64,000 nt of DNA, taken from positions 192,001 to 256,000 of the forward strand of contig CM000436.1 of the NCBI GenBank assembly GCA_000165345.1, in the 5' to 3' direction. Of the stretch, positions 49,850-58,400 are shown one piece after another (within the stretch, counting starts at the first letter, position 1; each line of letters starts with the position of its first letter). The translations under genes were made by a program, and so were the position numbers. The notes beneath the pieces were generated by a model that worked only from the letters and a program-made list of their open reading frames with translations, was not told where the DNA came from and made no database searches.

Positions 49850-51715
49850 ATGAGCTCTACTGAAAGTGGAGAGCAAATAATTGAAAGAATCCAAACTTTA
49901 CTTGGGGAAGAATATGATAACTATAAGGAAAGCTTTGAAGTAATTCATAAAATAAATCCATTAAGCAATCCCCATAAGTTTATCAGCCATGTAGAGAAAT
50001 ATTTAGGACACCCAATTTCAGCAATGAATGATAAATTGGATTTTGGATATCATAAAACTGAATTAAATAAATCTTCATCAAGAAATATAAATAGAAAAAG
50101 CATTAGTGGGATAAAAGGATATTCTCCATCCAGGAAAGGATTATCTGGAAATTCTTACAAATTCACAAATATCAAAAGCTTTTCCAATTTTATGAAAGAT
50201 TTTGGTAATGAATGTATTGAATCAGAAAGTTCTTCAAATTCAAAAATAACCACATTCAAAAGTAGTATTACGCCCATATATAATGAAAATCTTTTGCGTA
50301 GAAAAGGATGTTTGACTGATAAAAGTTTTACTAAGTATTATGCAGAAAGAATTGTGGAAAATTCAGAAGATTCACTTTGGTTGGATTCTGATTTAGAATC
50401 ATATAGTAGAGAAATTGATAGAAGAATTCAAAGTTTGATTGATGAAATTGTATCAAACTGCTCAGATCTTTGGATTGATGAACAAGGAAATAAATACCCA
50501 ATTATTCCAATTGGAGAAACAAGAAAACAAGCTATTGTTACTTTAGGAGCAATAGGATGTGATAATGAAGGAAATTTGAACGAACAAAGCGTTATATTAC
50601 TTGGTACCAGAGCTTCTAGTTCAGGAAATATTTCCCAACTTAAGCTTGGAAATGTGAATGGAGATTTTGCTCTATATCCAGGACAAGTTGTAGCAATATT
50701 GGGTAATACTGAGACCGATGAATTTGGACAAAATTGTATACTTGCTAAAGAAATTATTGGTGGATTACCACCGAAACCTGCAGAGACCAGTCTTAAAGAA
50801 TTGAAAAATATTCCAGAATTTTACGCTGGAAAAGGAGAACATCCTGTACAATGTATGATCTTTTCTGGGCCATTCACAACTGATAAAGAAAATCTCAATT
50901 ATGATTATCTTAATGAAATACTCAATTATGCAAATATTGAAAAACCACACGTACTTATCCTATTAGGTCCTTTCATTGATGTAAGAAATGAATCAATTAA
51001 AAAGGGTGATTTATTTGATTTTGGCTCGAATACATTTATTACTTTTGAAGATCTCTTTCGAAGAAATATTTATAATTCAATTGAAAGTTTTGCAAGAAAG
51101 AATGAAAAGGTTAAGATATATATCATTCCATCAGAATATGATGCAGCACATCCCTTTCCAATTCCACAACCAGGACTTAAAGAATCATTCTTTCCAAACA
51201 CAAGTAATGAATCATTGACATTTTGTCGAAATATTCATTTTCTATCAAATCCATGTGAACTTTATATTAATGATATAAAAATTTCAATAACTTCTTCTGA
51301 TATTGTGACGCCAATTATTAATTCTTGTATTACTAGAAGTGGAAATCTTCCTATAGAAGTTGTACTTAGCCAATTTTTATATCAAAGAACTTTATATCCT
51401 TGTTTCCCAGTACAACATCCAATAAATCCCAAACTTCTTCAAAAGCTTGCTTTATCTGGTGAACTACCTCATATTATAATAACTCCATATGGAAGCTCTT
51501 GCCCTTTTGTTAAATCTGTACTTGGGAGGATTTTTGTTAATCCAACAGGAAATAAACCATTTTCAGGAGTTTCATTATATATTAATTCTCCAACAGAATC
51601 TCAAATTCAACAAGCAAATGAACTTTGTCAGAATTTGGATGAACAAACATGTAAAGTTCCATTATTTATTCAAGAACGTATATGTGCTGATGAAATTAGC
51701 TTTTCAAAAAATTAA
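49850..51715 (+). CDS. DNA polymerase alpha subunit B (POLA2/Pol12-like), 621 aa.
   Basis: The C-terminal calcineurin-like/DNA_pol_E_B fold pattern is present. IYIIPSEYDAAHPFPIPQPGL matches human VFVPSLRDVHHEPVYPQPPF. CRNIHFLSNPCELYINDIKISITSSDIV matches QFVSEPCSLSINGVIFGLTSTDLL. LSQFLYQRTLYPCFP matches LKHILTQRSYYPLYPP. Confidence 0.78.
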   Translation: MSSTESGEQIIERIQTLLGEEYDNYKESFEVIHKINPLSNPHKFISHVEKYLGHPISAMNDKLDFGYHKTELNKSSSRNINRKSISGIKGYSPSRKGLSGNSYKFTNIKSFSNFMKDFGNECIESESSSNSKITTFKSSITPIYNENLLRRKGCLTDKSFTKYYAERIVENSEDSLWLDSDLESYSREIDRRIQSLIDEIVSNCSDLWIDEQGNKYPIIPIGETRKQAIVTLGAIGCDNEGNLNEQSVILLGTRASSSGNISQLKLGNVNGDFALYPGQVVAILGNTETDEFGQNCILAKEIIGGLPPKPAETSLKELKNIPEFYAGKGEHPVQCMIFSGPFTTDKENLNYDYLNEILNYANIEKPHVLILLGPFIDVRNESIKKGDLFDFGSNTFITFEDLFRRNIYNSIESFARKNEKVKIYIIPSEYDAAHPFPIPQPGLKESFFPNTSNESLTFCRNIHFLSNPCELYINDIKISITSSDIVTPIINSCITRSGNLPIEVVLSQFLYQRTLYPCFPVQHPINPKLLQKLALSGELPHIIITPYGSSCPFVKSVLGRIFVNPTGNKPFSGVSLYINSPTESQIQQANELCQNLDEQTCKVPLFIQERICADEISFSKN

Positions 51716-51745
51716 AACTAATTATATATAACTAGTTTAGTAAAT

Positions 51746-53116
51746 TTATTCAAAAATCTTTGATCTTCTCTTTAATGTATCAATTCCTCCTACTAACTTT
51801 GGAGTAAAATCACTTGGTAATAACTTTTCACCAACTAAAAGAAGCTCTTTATAAACCCCTCTAACAGTTGTTTCACCACTTTTTGCTGCAACTGCAACAC
51901 TTTTCATTTCAATTTGAATATTACATAAATTACATACAAAGTATATTGCTCCAGCAGCTAGTGAATTAGGACGATGACTTTTATTGATATACTGTTCAGC
52001 AGTCCTACAAACATACTCTGCAATACCAACAATTTCATGAGATAACTGTAAATAATGGCAGAATCTTGGCATTAACTCTGCTGCTGAAGAACTTAAAGTT
52101 GGGCCTCTTCTTGGTAAATCTTTTTTTAATTTATTAATTGACCTTACTAACTCTCTTTCTGAAATAGTTCTATCAAATGATAATAACTCTTTAACTGTTC
52201 TAGAAACACCTTCTTCTCTGCATGCCAAATATACAATGGCAAGTACATGTTTTTTACCACTTTTTAATATATTCAAATTACTTTGCTCTTTAACAATCTC
52301 CTTACATCTCTCAATAATGTTATCATGAAGTGAGAAACTATTTGCTATTTGCCTTAATTGATTAAAAACTTCTTTAATCATGCGATCACTCGATGCTTGA
52401 GTGTTGTGCTTTAACATAGTTTTCATTAATTTTTTATCACCAACAAGTAACTGAGAATCGGTACCATCATCTAGCCAAACATCATTTACAGAACCAATAC
52501 GAGACTTAGAATTCCCATCATTCCCATCATTAGAGAAAGATCTCCATTCTTGTTCCTCATTTATGACTCTATCTTCAACAACAACTCCGCATCTGGTGCA
52601 TATTTCAGACCCAGATTTTGAATCGTATACAACAATAGAATTTCCAGCTCCACATCTTTTGCAAAATTTGGTAGCTCTAAAGCTTCTAAATAGATGTGGA
52701 AGTGCTCCTGGCTTGTCAAAATCTTTATTTGAAACTATTCCAGCTTGAATAGTTGCTGGTATTGCAGGAACTTGTTGAGTTGGTTCACTTTCTCCAATAG
52801 TTTGTTGTATTTTCCTTTCTGGATATGGATTGCTCCTTCCCAAATCATTTTGTTTATCAGATAATAACTTATCTGAAGATCTAATTGGTCCGCCAGTTAA
52901 TCCATCTGTTGAGTTTCCTAGCTGACTTCTTTGCAAGTTTATAGTATTTGAAGCAGCAGAAGTATTGTTAATAGTGAGATTATCCATTCTATTTCCTACA
53001 CTACTAATTCCATTTGCTTGAGAAGAGCTCATATTCTGAGTATCCACAAGTGAATTAACATTACCTGCAATATTTAAATTAGTATTAACACCTGAAGAAG
53101 AAAGGTCTGAATTCAT
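51746..53116 (-). CDS. TFIIB: General transcription factor TFIIB (456 aa) with a low-complexity N-terminal extension of about 140 aa ahead of the zinc ribbon.
   Basis: The zinc ribbon is CKRCGAGNSIVVYDSKSGSEICTRCGVVV. EWRSFSN matches TFIIB EWRTFSN, and two cyclin-like repeats follow (ACREEGVSRTVKEL; RSPISVAAAAIY-like AGAIYFV). Confidence 0.85.
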   Translation of the reverse strand: MNSDLSSSGVNTNLNIAGNVNSLVDTQNMSSSQANGISSVGNRMDNLTINNTSAASNTINLQRSQLGNSTDGLTGGPIRSSDKLLSDKQNDLGRSNPYPERKIQQTIGESEPTQQVPAIPATIQAGIVSNKDFDKPGALPHLFRSFRATKFCKRCGAGNSIVVYDSKSGSEICTRCGVVVEDRVINEEQEWRSFSNDGNDGNSKSRIGSVNDVWLDDGTDSQLLVGDKKLMKTMLKHNTQASSDRMIKEVFNQLRQIANSFSLHDNIIERCKEIVKEQSNLNILKSGKKHVLAIVYLACREEGVSRTVKELLSFDRTISERELVRSINKLKKDLPRRGPTLSSSAAELMPRFCHYLQLSHEIVGIAEYVCRTAEQYINKSHRPNSLAAGAIYFVCNLCNIQIEMKSVAVAAKSGETTVRGVYKELLLVGEKLLPSDFTPKLVGGIDTLKRRSKIFE

Positions 53117-53271
53117 AGCAATATTACCGTAATTTTGAAAACTTCAATATGAACCTCTCTATTTATTGACTTTTAGTCAAAGAAAATACAATTCTTTTCC
53201 AATATCCTTTTTACTTGTTTGATTCTTATTAATTTTGGAAAAATATAATTTAATTAAATATCAAAATCAAG

Positions 53272-53290
53272 AAATGTTGGCGCCAACTGC
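53272..53290. promoter_or_regulatory. E2F-like palindrome aaatgTTGGCGCCAActgc.
   Basis: Seen in the sequence, in the divergent promoter between TFIIB (-) and CobW (+). Confidence 0.55.
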
Positions 53291-53401
53291 AACTTTTAAT
53301 CGTATTGACATTAAACTTGTAGTTATATTTCCAATTAGTTAATAAATATTTGCAGAAGCAAATGAATAATAATTATATACTCTTAATTTAATATACTGAG
53401 G

Positions 53402-54658
53402 TTGTTTGGATATCTTGTAACTATGTCAAAGGTTCCAATTTACATTGTTACTGGATTTTTGGGATCAGGGAAAACTACCCTTTTGCGTCATATAATAAGT
53501 AGTCACGATCAAGATGCAAAGATAGCTATAATACAAAATGATTTTTCTGATGAAATGGGGATTGAGGCCCCTACCATGCAGGATAAAGATGGTAACTTAT
53601 TTAAAGAATTTTTTGAGCTTCCAAATGGTTGTGTTTGCTGTACTGTTAAAGACGAACTATTAAAGGCAGTTGAACATCTATTATCAATGAAAAGATTCGA
53701 GAAGATACTTTTGGAAACTACAGGTATTGCTGATCCAGAACCAATAATTGAAAAGTTTTGGCTTGACTGTGAGCTTGAAACTAGTGTTGAATTATCAGGA
53801 GTAATTACTGTAATTGATACTTATAATTTTAAGAATTACTTAGATTTGGAGCTTATTAATAAGAAAGTAAAATGTGAAACCAATAAAAATTTGCTTGAAA
53901 ATGATAGAAACCATTTAAGCCAGGAATCAAGTCCAAATAGCTCATCATTGAAACTTTTATCACCAGAAATAATTAAGCAAATAATGCTTGCAAACAAAAT
54001 TGTTCTCAATAAAACTGATCTTTTAATTGAAAATGAGTTGGAAAAAACTTCAAATAATCTCCAAAAAGTTGCAGAAGTCGAAGCAATTGTTAAAGTAATT
54101 AACCCAACTGCTAATGTTGTCACTTCAATTAAATCCCAAGTGAAAATGGACTGGCTTTTTGATCTTGATGCTTTTAATATTCATAAAATAACCCATGAAA
54201 TAGACAGAGCTTTCAATAATTCCTTAATTTCTTCACATTCAAATAATTCTTTACTCCCAAATATCTCTTCTCATACCATTTCCTTCAGTTCAAATGCCGT
54301 ATTTGACTTTAAGTCTGTTGAGAGAGCAGTTGCAAAGCTTGCTTGGGAAGAAGATGATAGCTTAGAAAATGAGGATTTGGAAGAACAGAATCAAGGAGAT
54401 TTAGAATATGACTCTGTGAACTCTAAATATGGAAAATTCATTCGATTTAAGGGTATATTTAAGGCTAAAAATTCAATTGAATCTGATCATTTAAACAATT
54501 CCATTGATATATATGCTTTGCAAGGAGTCGGACAAATTTTTGAAATTCTACCCATTAATATTAACGAGCAAGTTGAAAACTCAAAATTCTTCTTCTTGGG
54601 AATTAAAATTGACAAAAATAAGCTTGAAACACTTTTAAAATCTTGTATCATCCAATAG
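53402..54658 (+). CDS. CobW/HypB/UreG-family GTPase (COG0523, ZNG1/CBWD-like), 418 aa.
   Basis: The P-loop is PIYIVTGFLGSGKTTLLRHII. The metal-binding motif is GCVCCTV. The switch region is ILLETTGIADPEPI, and a C-terminal CobW_C-like region follows. Confidence 0.85.
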   Translation: MFGYLVTMSKVPIYIVTGFLGSGKTTLLRHIISSHDQDAKIAIIQNDFSDEMGIEAPTMQDKDGNLFKEFFELPNGCVCCTVKDELLKAVEHLLSMKRFEKILLETTGIADPEPIIEKFWLDCELETSVELSGVITVIDTYNFKNYLDLELINKKVKCETNKNLLENDRNHLSQESSPNSSSLKLLSPEIIKQIMLANKIVLNKTDLLIENELEKTSNNLQKVAEVEAIVKVINPTANVVTSIKSQVKMDWLFDLDAFNIHKITHEIDRAFNNSLISSHSNNSLLPNISSHTISFSSNAVFDFKSVERAVAKLAWEEDDSLENEDLEEQNQGDLEYDSVNSKYGKFIRFKGIFKAKNSIESDHLNNSIDIYALQGVGQIFEILPININEQVENSKFFFLGIKIDKNKLETLLKSCIIQ

Positions 54659-54890
54659 TTTTAAAATTACTATTTATCCTCTTCTAATTTTTAAATCATC
54701 ATTTCTTAATTATGCCAATTTAATTTCAAATAATTAATTCCTGAAAAAAATGAATAACACTTTAAATAGATATATTTTCTAACCTCTCTTATCTGCTTTT
54801 ATTTATTATTATTATATTATTACGTGTACATGCACTCATGTGGACAAATTAACTTTTTTTTACATTATTTTGACAATAAAAAAATTCAAA

Positions 54891-54933
54891 CATGTATACC
54901 GGAGTAGGCGCCAAACTACCACCGGTATATAAA
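54891..54933. promoter_or_regulatory. catgtATACCGGagtAGGCGCCAAActacCACCGGTATATAAAttc, an E2F-like site flanked by an inverted ACCGGTAT pair.
   Basis: Seen in the sequence, about 130 bp upstream of the Utp6 start. ACGTGTAcatgc also lies at 54830-54845. Confidence 0.5.
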
Positions 54934-55060
54934 TTCAAAAAATATTGTCAAAAAAAAAAATCAAATTTTGACACGTCATCAATAATTAATTGTTAAAGAA
55001 ATTATTAGTTGGAAAATTTTTTGTCATTTTATTTTAAGTTAGAGTCTTTGGAGGTTAAAA

Positions 55061-57973
55061 ATGGCAGATAAGGTACAAAGAGTGATGGAGGACATGGTTC
55101 CAGAGCTCTTGGACCTTGGAAAACGTAAAGTTTTTTCAAAAGAGGAAATCAGAGAAATTATCAAGCATAGAAGGAACTTTGAATATAAAATAGCTTCAAG
55201 AACTCCAATTTTGAGAGATTTTTTAGAATATTTAAGTCATGAATATGAACTTGAGAGAATTAGAAATACTAGAACAAAAGCATTAAAGTTAAAAAAACGT
55301 ACTATTGGTGATTACTCAATTATTCGTTTAATCCACTTTATTTTCAAAAGAGCTCTCAGAAAGTTTCCATCTGATGAAAAGTTATGGCTTCAAAACATTG
55401 ACTTTTGTTTAAAATCAGGATCTTCAAAGGCTCTTCAAAGAAGTTTAATTTCTGCTCTCAAACATAACCCAAATAATAGTGTTTTTTGGCTTATAATGTC
55501 TGATAGAGAGCTACAAAATGGAAATTCAAAAGAAGCTAGGTCTGCAATTCTTTTGGGATTGAGAGTAAACAAGAGTTCTCTAATACTATGGAGAGGTTTT
55601 TCTCAACTTGAAACTAACATTGCATATAGAAAGTATTTAGACTCTTTTTCCAGCTCTAAACTTGCGCTTAATAAAGGATTCCAAATTAAAAATTCCAGTG
55701 TTATGCCTCTAATTCCAATCTTAAACCATGGCCTGAGAAGAATCAAGCTTGAATATAAGAAAGAAGCCCATATTATATTTATGTTCAGGCAATATTACAA
55801 GCTTTATAATACACTTTTGAAGGATGGTGATTTATCTAGGATTGAAGGTATGGACGAGCTAAAAAATCAAATATTTGACTCATTTAATCAAAGCAAGAAA
55901 TTACAACCATTATTTCCAGTATTTGGAATTATTTTAGGCATTTCCAAAAATGACCAATCGGATATATTCAGTCATTTTAAATATGAAATTGACCAACTAT
56001 TTAGTAATTCAGATAGTGAGTTTGTCTTGGTTTCTTTGATCTTTATTTGCAGACTCATTTATAACTGCATTAATGGCCAATTTCCTGTATCTAGTCCAGG
56101 AAATCAGTCAAATATGGATACCTCATTTGAAACCATAAATAATTCTAATATTATAGATTTTGGATTTCAAATTTCTGAGTCCATTCAAGATTTTGATAAT
56201 AATCAAGAACTTTCTAATCAAAATGATTCTACAATGGAGAATGATTTAAATTTAGATATGATTACTTGGTACTCTCAGACTTGTTTGAAAAATTTGATAT
56301 TCAAAGAAAATTTACAAATCAAGAAAACTATTCATTTATTGAAACTTGATCCTAACTTTTGGAATTGTTGTTTTTTAGAAGATTCTAATGTTGAAGATCT
56401 TATTCAAATACTTTCATTATACTCGATACCTAGTATTGTGGATAGAGAAGTATGGAAGGAAAAATTATTTTCAAAAGAGCAAATTGAATCTATTAGAGAA
56501 AAAATTATGTTATACTTATCTCAGGATTTAAATAAGGACAGATTTGTACAATTAGTCACTGATATAAAGGGTACCATTGAAAAATTGGCTATTGAACCTG
56601 AATTTCAAGATTTAAAACTTACTCTGTTTGAGGCTCTTGACTCGTTATTTGAGTCCAACCATGTAGACAATTTTAATAACTATACTAATGATGACAAACA
56701 TATAAGAGATTCTCCAAATCAGAATTTACCCCAAATCCCGGATAATATTCCTCAATTGATACAAGCATATAAACAATTCATTATATATTATGGTACAAAA
56801 CAACTTTCACCTAATCAGGCTACATTCATGATACAATCCATTAACAAGCTGTTAGATCTAATCCAAAACCAAGTTGAAAACGATGAAAAACAGTCTGAAA
56901 GTTTGGATTTTATTGGATTTTCAAAATCAATCTTCTGGACTTTATATATCATAAGCACCAATTCACAAGAATTAAATGAAGAATATTCACAAAGTCTTCT
57001 CAAACTTAGACAAAGAATCATCTTTTTCTCACTTAATATTTTACCAAGATGGATTTCTACTAGAAAAATTCCAGGGCTCCTATTCAATACATTAATTATT
57101 TACTCTGTACTTAAATCTACAGAGAATATGGATAATTCATTATCAAGTCTAATAATCAAATACTTAAAATACCAAGAGAATGGTATGGAAATTAATTTTG
57201 ATTCATCATCTATTATTGGTATTCTTAAAGAATCTATCAATGAAGACTATCTTACTCATGCTACTGAAATTCTTCTTGAATTACCATCTGAATATAGCTG
57301 GTTACTTTCCAATGATATTACCATGATGTCTAAAGCCAATAAAGATATTACATCAATTACATTCATGCTTTCTTGTATAACTTTACTATACTTACTACTT
57401 GAAAGATATCTAGAAAAGTGTATTTCACGAAAAAACAGTCACAATAAACTCAGTGATCCGAATCTAGAAAATCCAAATAATTATCTAATACCTAAACTAT
57501 TTTGGATGTTGAACCATCTAATTACTTATATTAATGGCCTTGATGACTTTAAGTCCGAAGAATTCAAAATAAATTTGTACGTAAGATATTTACTTCTCAT
57601 TAAACTTATAGAACATTTCAAGGTAAAAAGAATTCTTTCTCCGAAATTTGGAGAATTTAATAACGGTAACCAGATACCTACTTTTTCAATGCTAATTAGT
57701 CAGTTTAATAAATGCTCTTCACAAATGCGTTCTGGCAAAATACCTTCTGGGCTTAGCATTGTAACTATCTCTACTTTACCCTTAGATGATCCTCAGTTCG
57801 AGCTATTCCTAAAAAGAACATCCAGCATACAAGAAGATGGCCAAGAAGTCTTTGAAACCCCTGAATCTCAAAACAGTCCCCATCAAACTTTAAATAAAGT
57901 CATGCAAAATATTTTAAATCCATGCCAACTTTTGGCGCCAACATCTATATATGTAAATACTAATTATTTATAA
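55061..57973 (+). CDS. UTP6: U3 snoRNP / SSU processome protein Utp6 (HAT-repeat protein), 970 aa, with a C-terminal extension of about 350 aa.
   Basis: The N-terminus MADKVQRVMEDMVPELLDLGKRKVFSKEEIREIIKHRRNFEYKI ... IIRLIHFIFKRALRKFPSDEKLWLQNIDFC matches the Utp6 N-terminal U3-association domain (MAEFVQQRLEEMIPELE...IRRIHFIFQRALRKF...LWLQYIEFC). Confidence 0.8.
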   Translation: MADKVQRVMEDMVPELLDLGKRKVFSKEEIREIIKHRRNFEYKIASRTPILRDFLEYLSHEYELERIRNTRTKALKLKKRTIGDYSIIRLIHFIFKRALRKFPSDEKLWLQNIDFCLKSGSSKALQRSLISALKHNPNNSVFWLIMSDRELQNGNSKEARSAILLGLRVNKSSLILWRGFSQLETNIAYRKYLDSFSSSKLALNKGFQIKNSSVMPLIPILNHGLRRIKLEYKKEAHIIFMFRQYYKLYNTLLKDGDLSRIEGMDELKNQIFDSFNQSKKLQPLFPVFGIILGISKNDQSDIFSHFKYEIDQLFSNSDSEFVLVSLIFICRLIYNCINGQFPVSSPGNQSNMDTSFETINNSNIIDFGFQISESIQDFDNNQELSNQNDSTMENDLNLDMITWYSQTCLKNLIFKENLQIKKTIHLLKLDPNFWNCCFLEDSNVEDLIQILSLYSIPSIVDREVWKEKLFSKEQIESIREKIMLYLSQDLNKDRFVQLVTDIKGTIEKLAIEPEFQDLKLTLFEALDSLFESNHVDNFNNYTNDDKHIRDSPNQNLPQIPDNIPQLIQAYKQFIIYYGTKQLSPNQATFMIQSINKLLDLIQNQVENDEKQSESLDFIGFSKSIFWTLYIISTNSQELNEEYSQSLLKLRQRIIFFSLNILPRWISTRKIPGLLFNTLIIYSVLKSTENMDNSLSSLIIKYLKYQENGMEINFDSSSIIGILKESINEDYLTHATEILLELPSEYSWLLSNDITMMSKANKDITSITFMLSCITLLYLLLERYLEKCISRKNSHNKLSDPNLENPNNYLIPKLFWMLNHLITYINGLDDFKSEEFKINLYVRYLLLIKLIEHFKVKRILSPKFGEFNNGNQIPTFSMLISQFNKCSSQMRSGKIPSGLSIVTISTLPLDDPQFELFLKRTSSIQEDGQEVFETPESQNSPHQTLNKVMQNILNPCQLLAPTSIYVNTNYL

Positions 57974-58125
57974 TTGTGTTGGAAAATTGAATAAGTTTTC
58001 AATTAAGAGTTTAGATTAGGTACAAATAGATTAAATCTCATATATATCTTTATGTTTCTAGGTTAATTTTAGCAAACTTATTAATATTTTTCTCAATATT
58101 TTATAGCAGAAATTGTTCAAGTTAC

Positions 58126-58178
58126 CAATTCCGCCACGTAATTTATGCAGGAATGAATTTCAATTAGGCGCCAAGTTG
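58126..58178. promoter_or_regulatory. ccaattCCGCCACGTAatttatgcaggaatgaatttcaatTAGGCGCCAAGttgg.
   Basis: Seen in the sequence, upstream of the Vps18-like gene. Confidence 0.5.
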
Positions 58179-58400
58179 GAGTTTTAAGAACTAAGCAAGC
58201 AAATAATAAGTATTAATTTAATTTCAAATAGAGTAACTAGGTAAAAAGAGTTTGAAATTGTGAAAGGTTAGTTAAAGAAGTCCTATAGAGTTGTTTGGTT
58301 AGTTAGAATTTCTGAAGGGATGAATTGGAAATAGTTTCTTTAATTGTCAAAGATATATTTACACACACCCACAAAGCAGAATTAATAGGTTACCAAGAGT

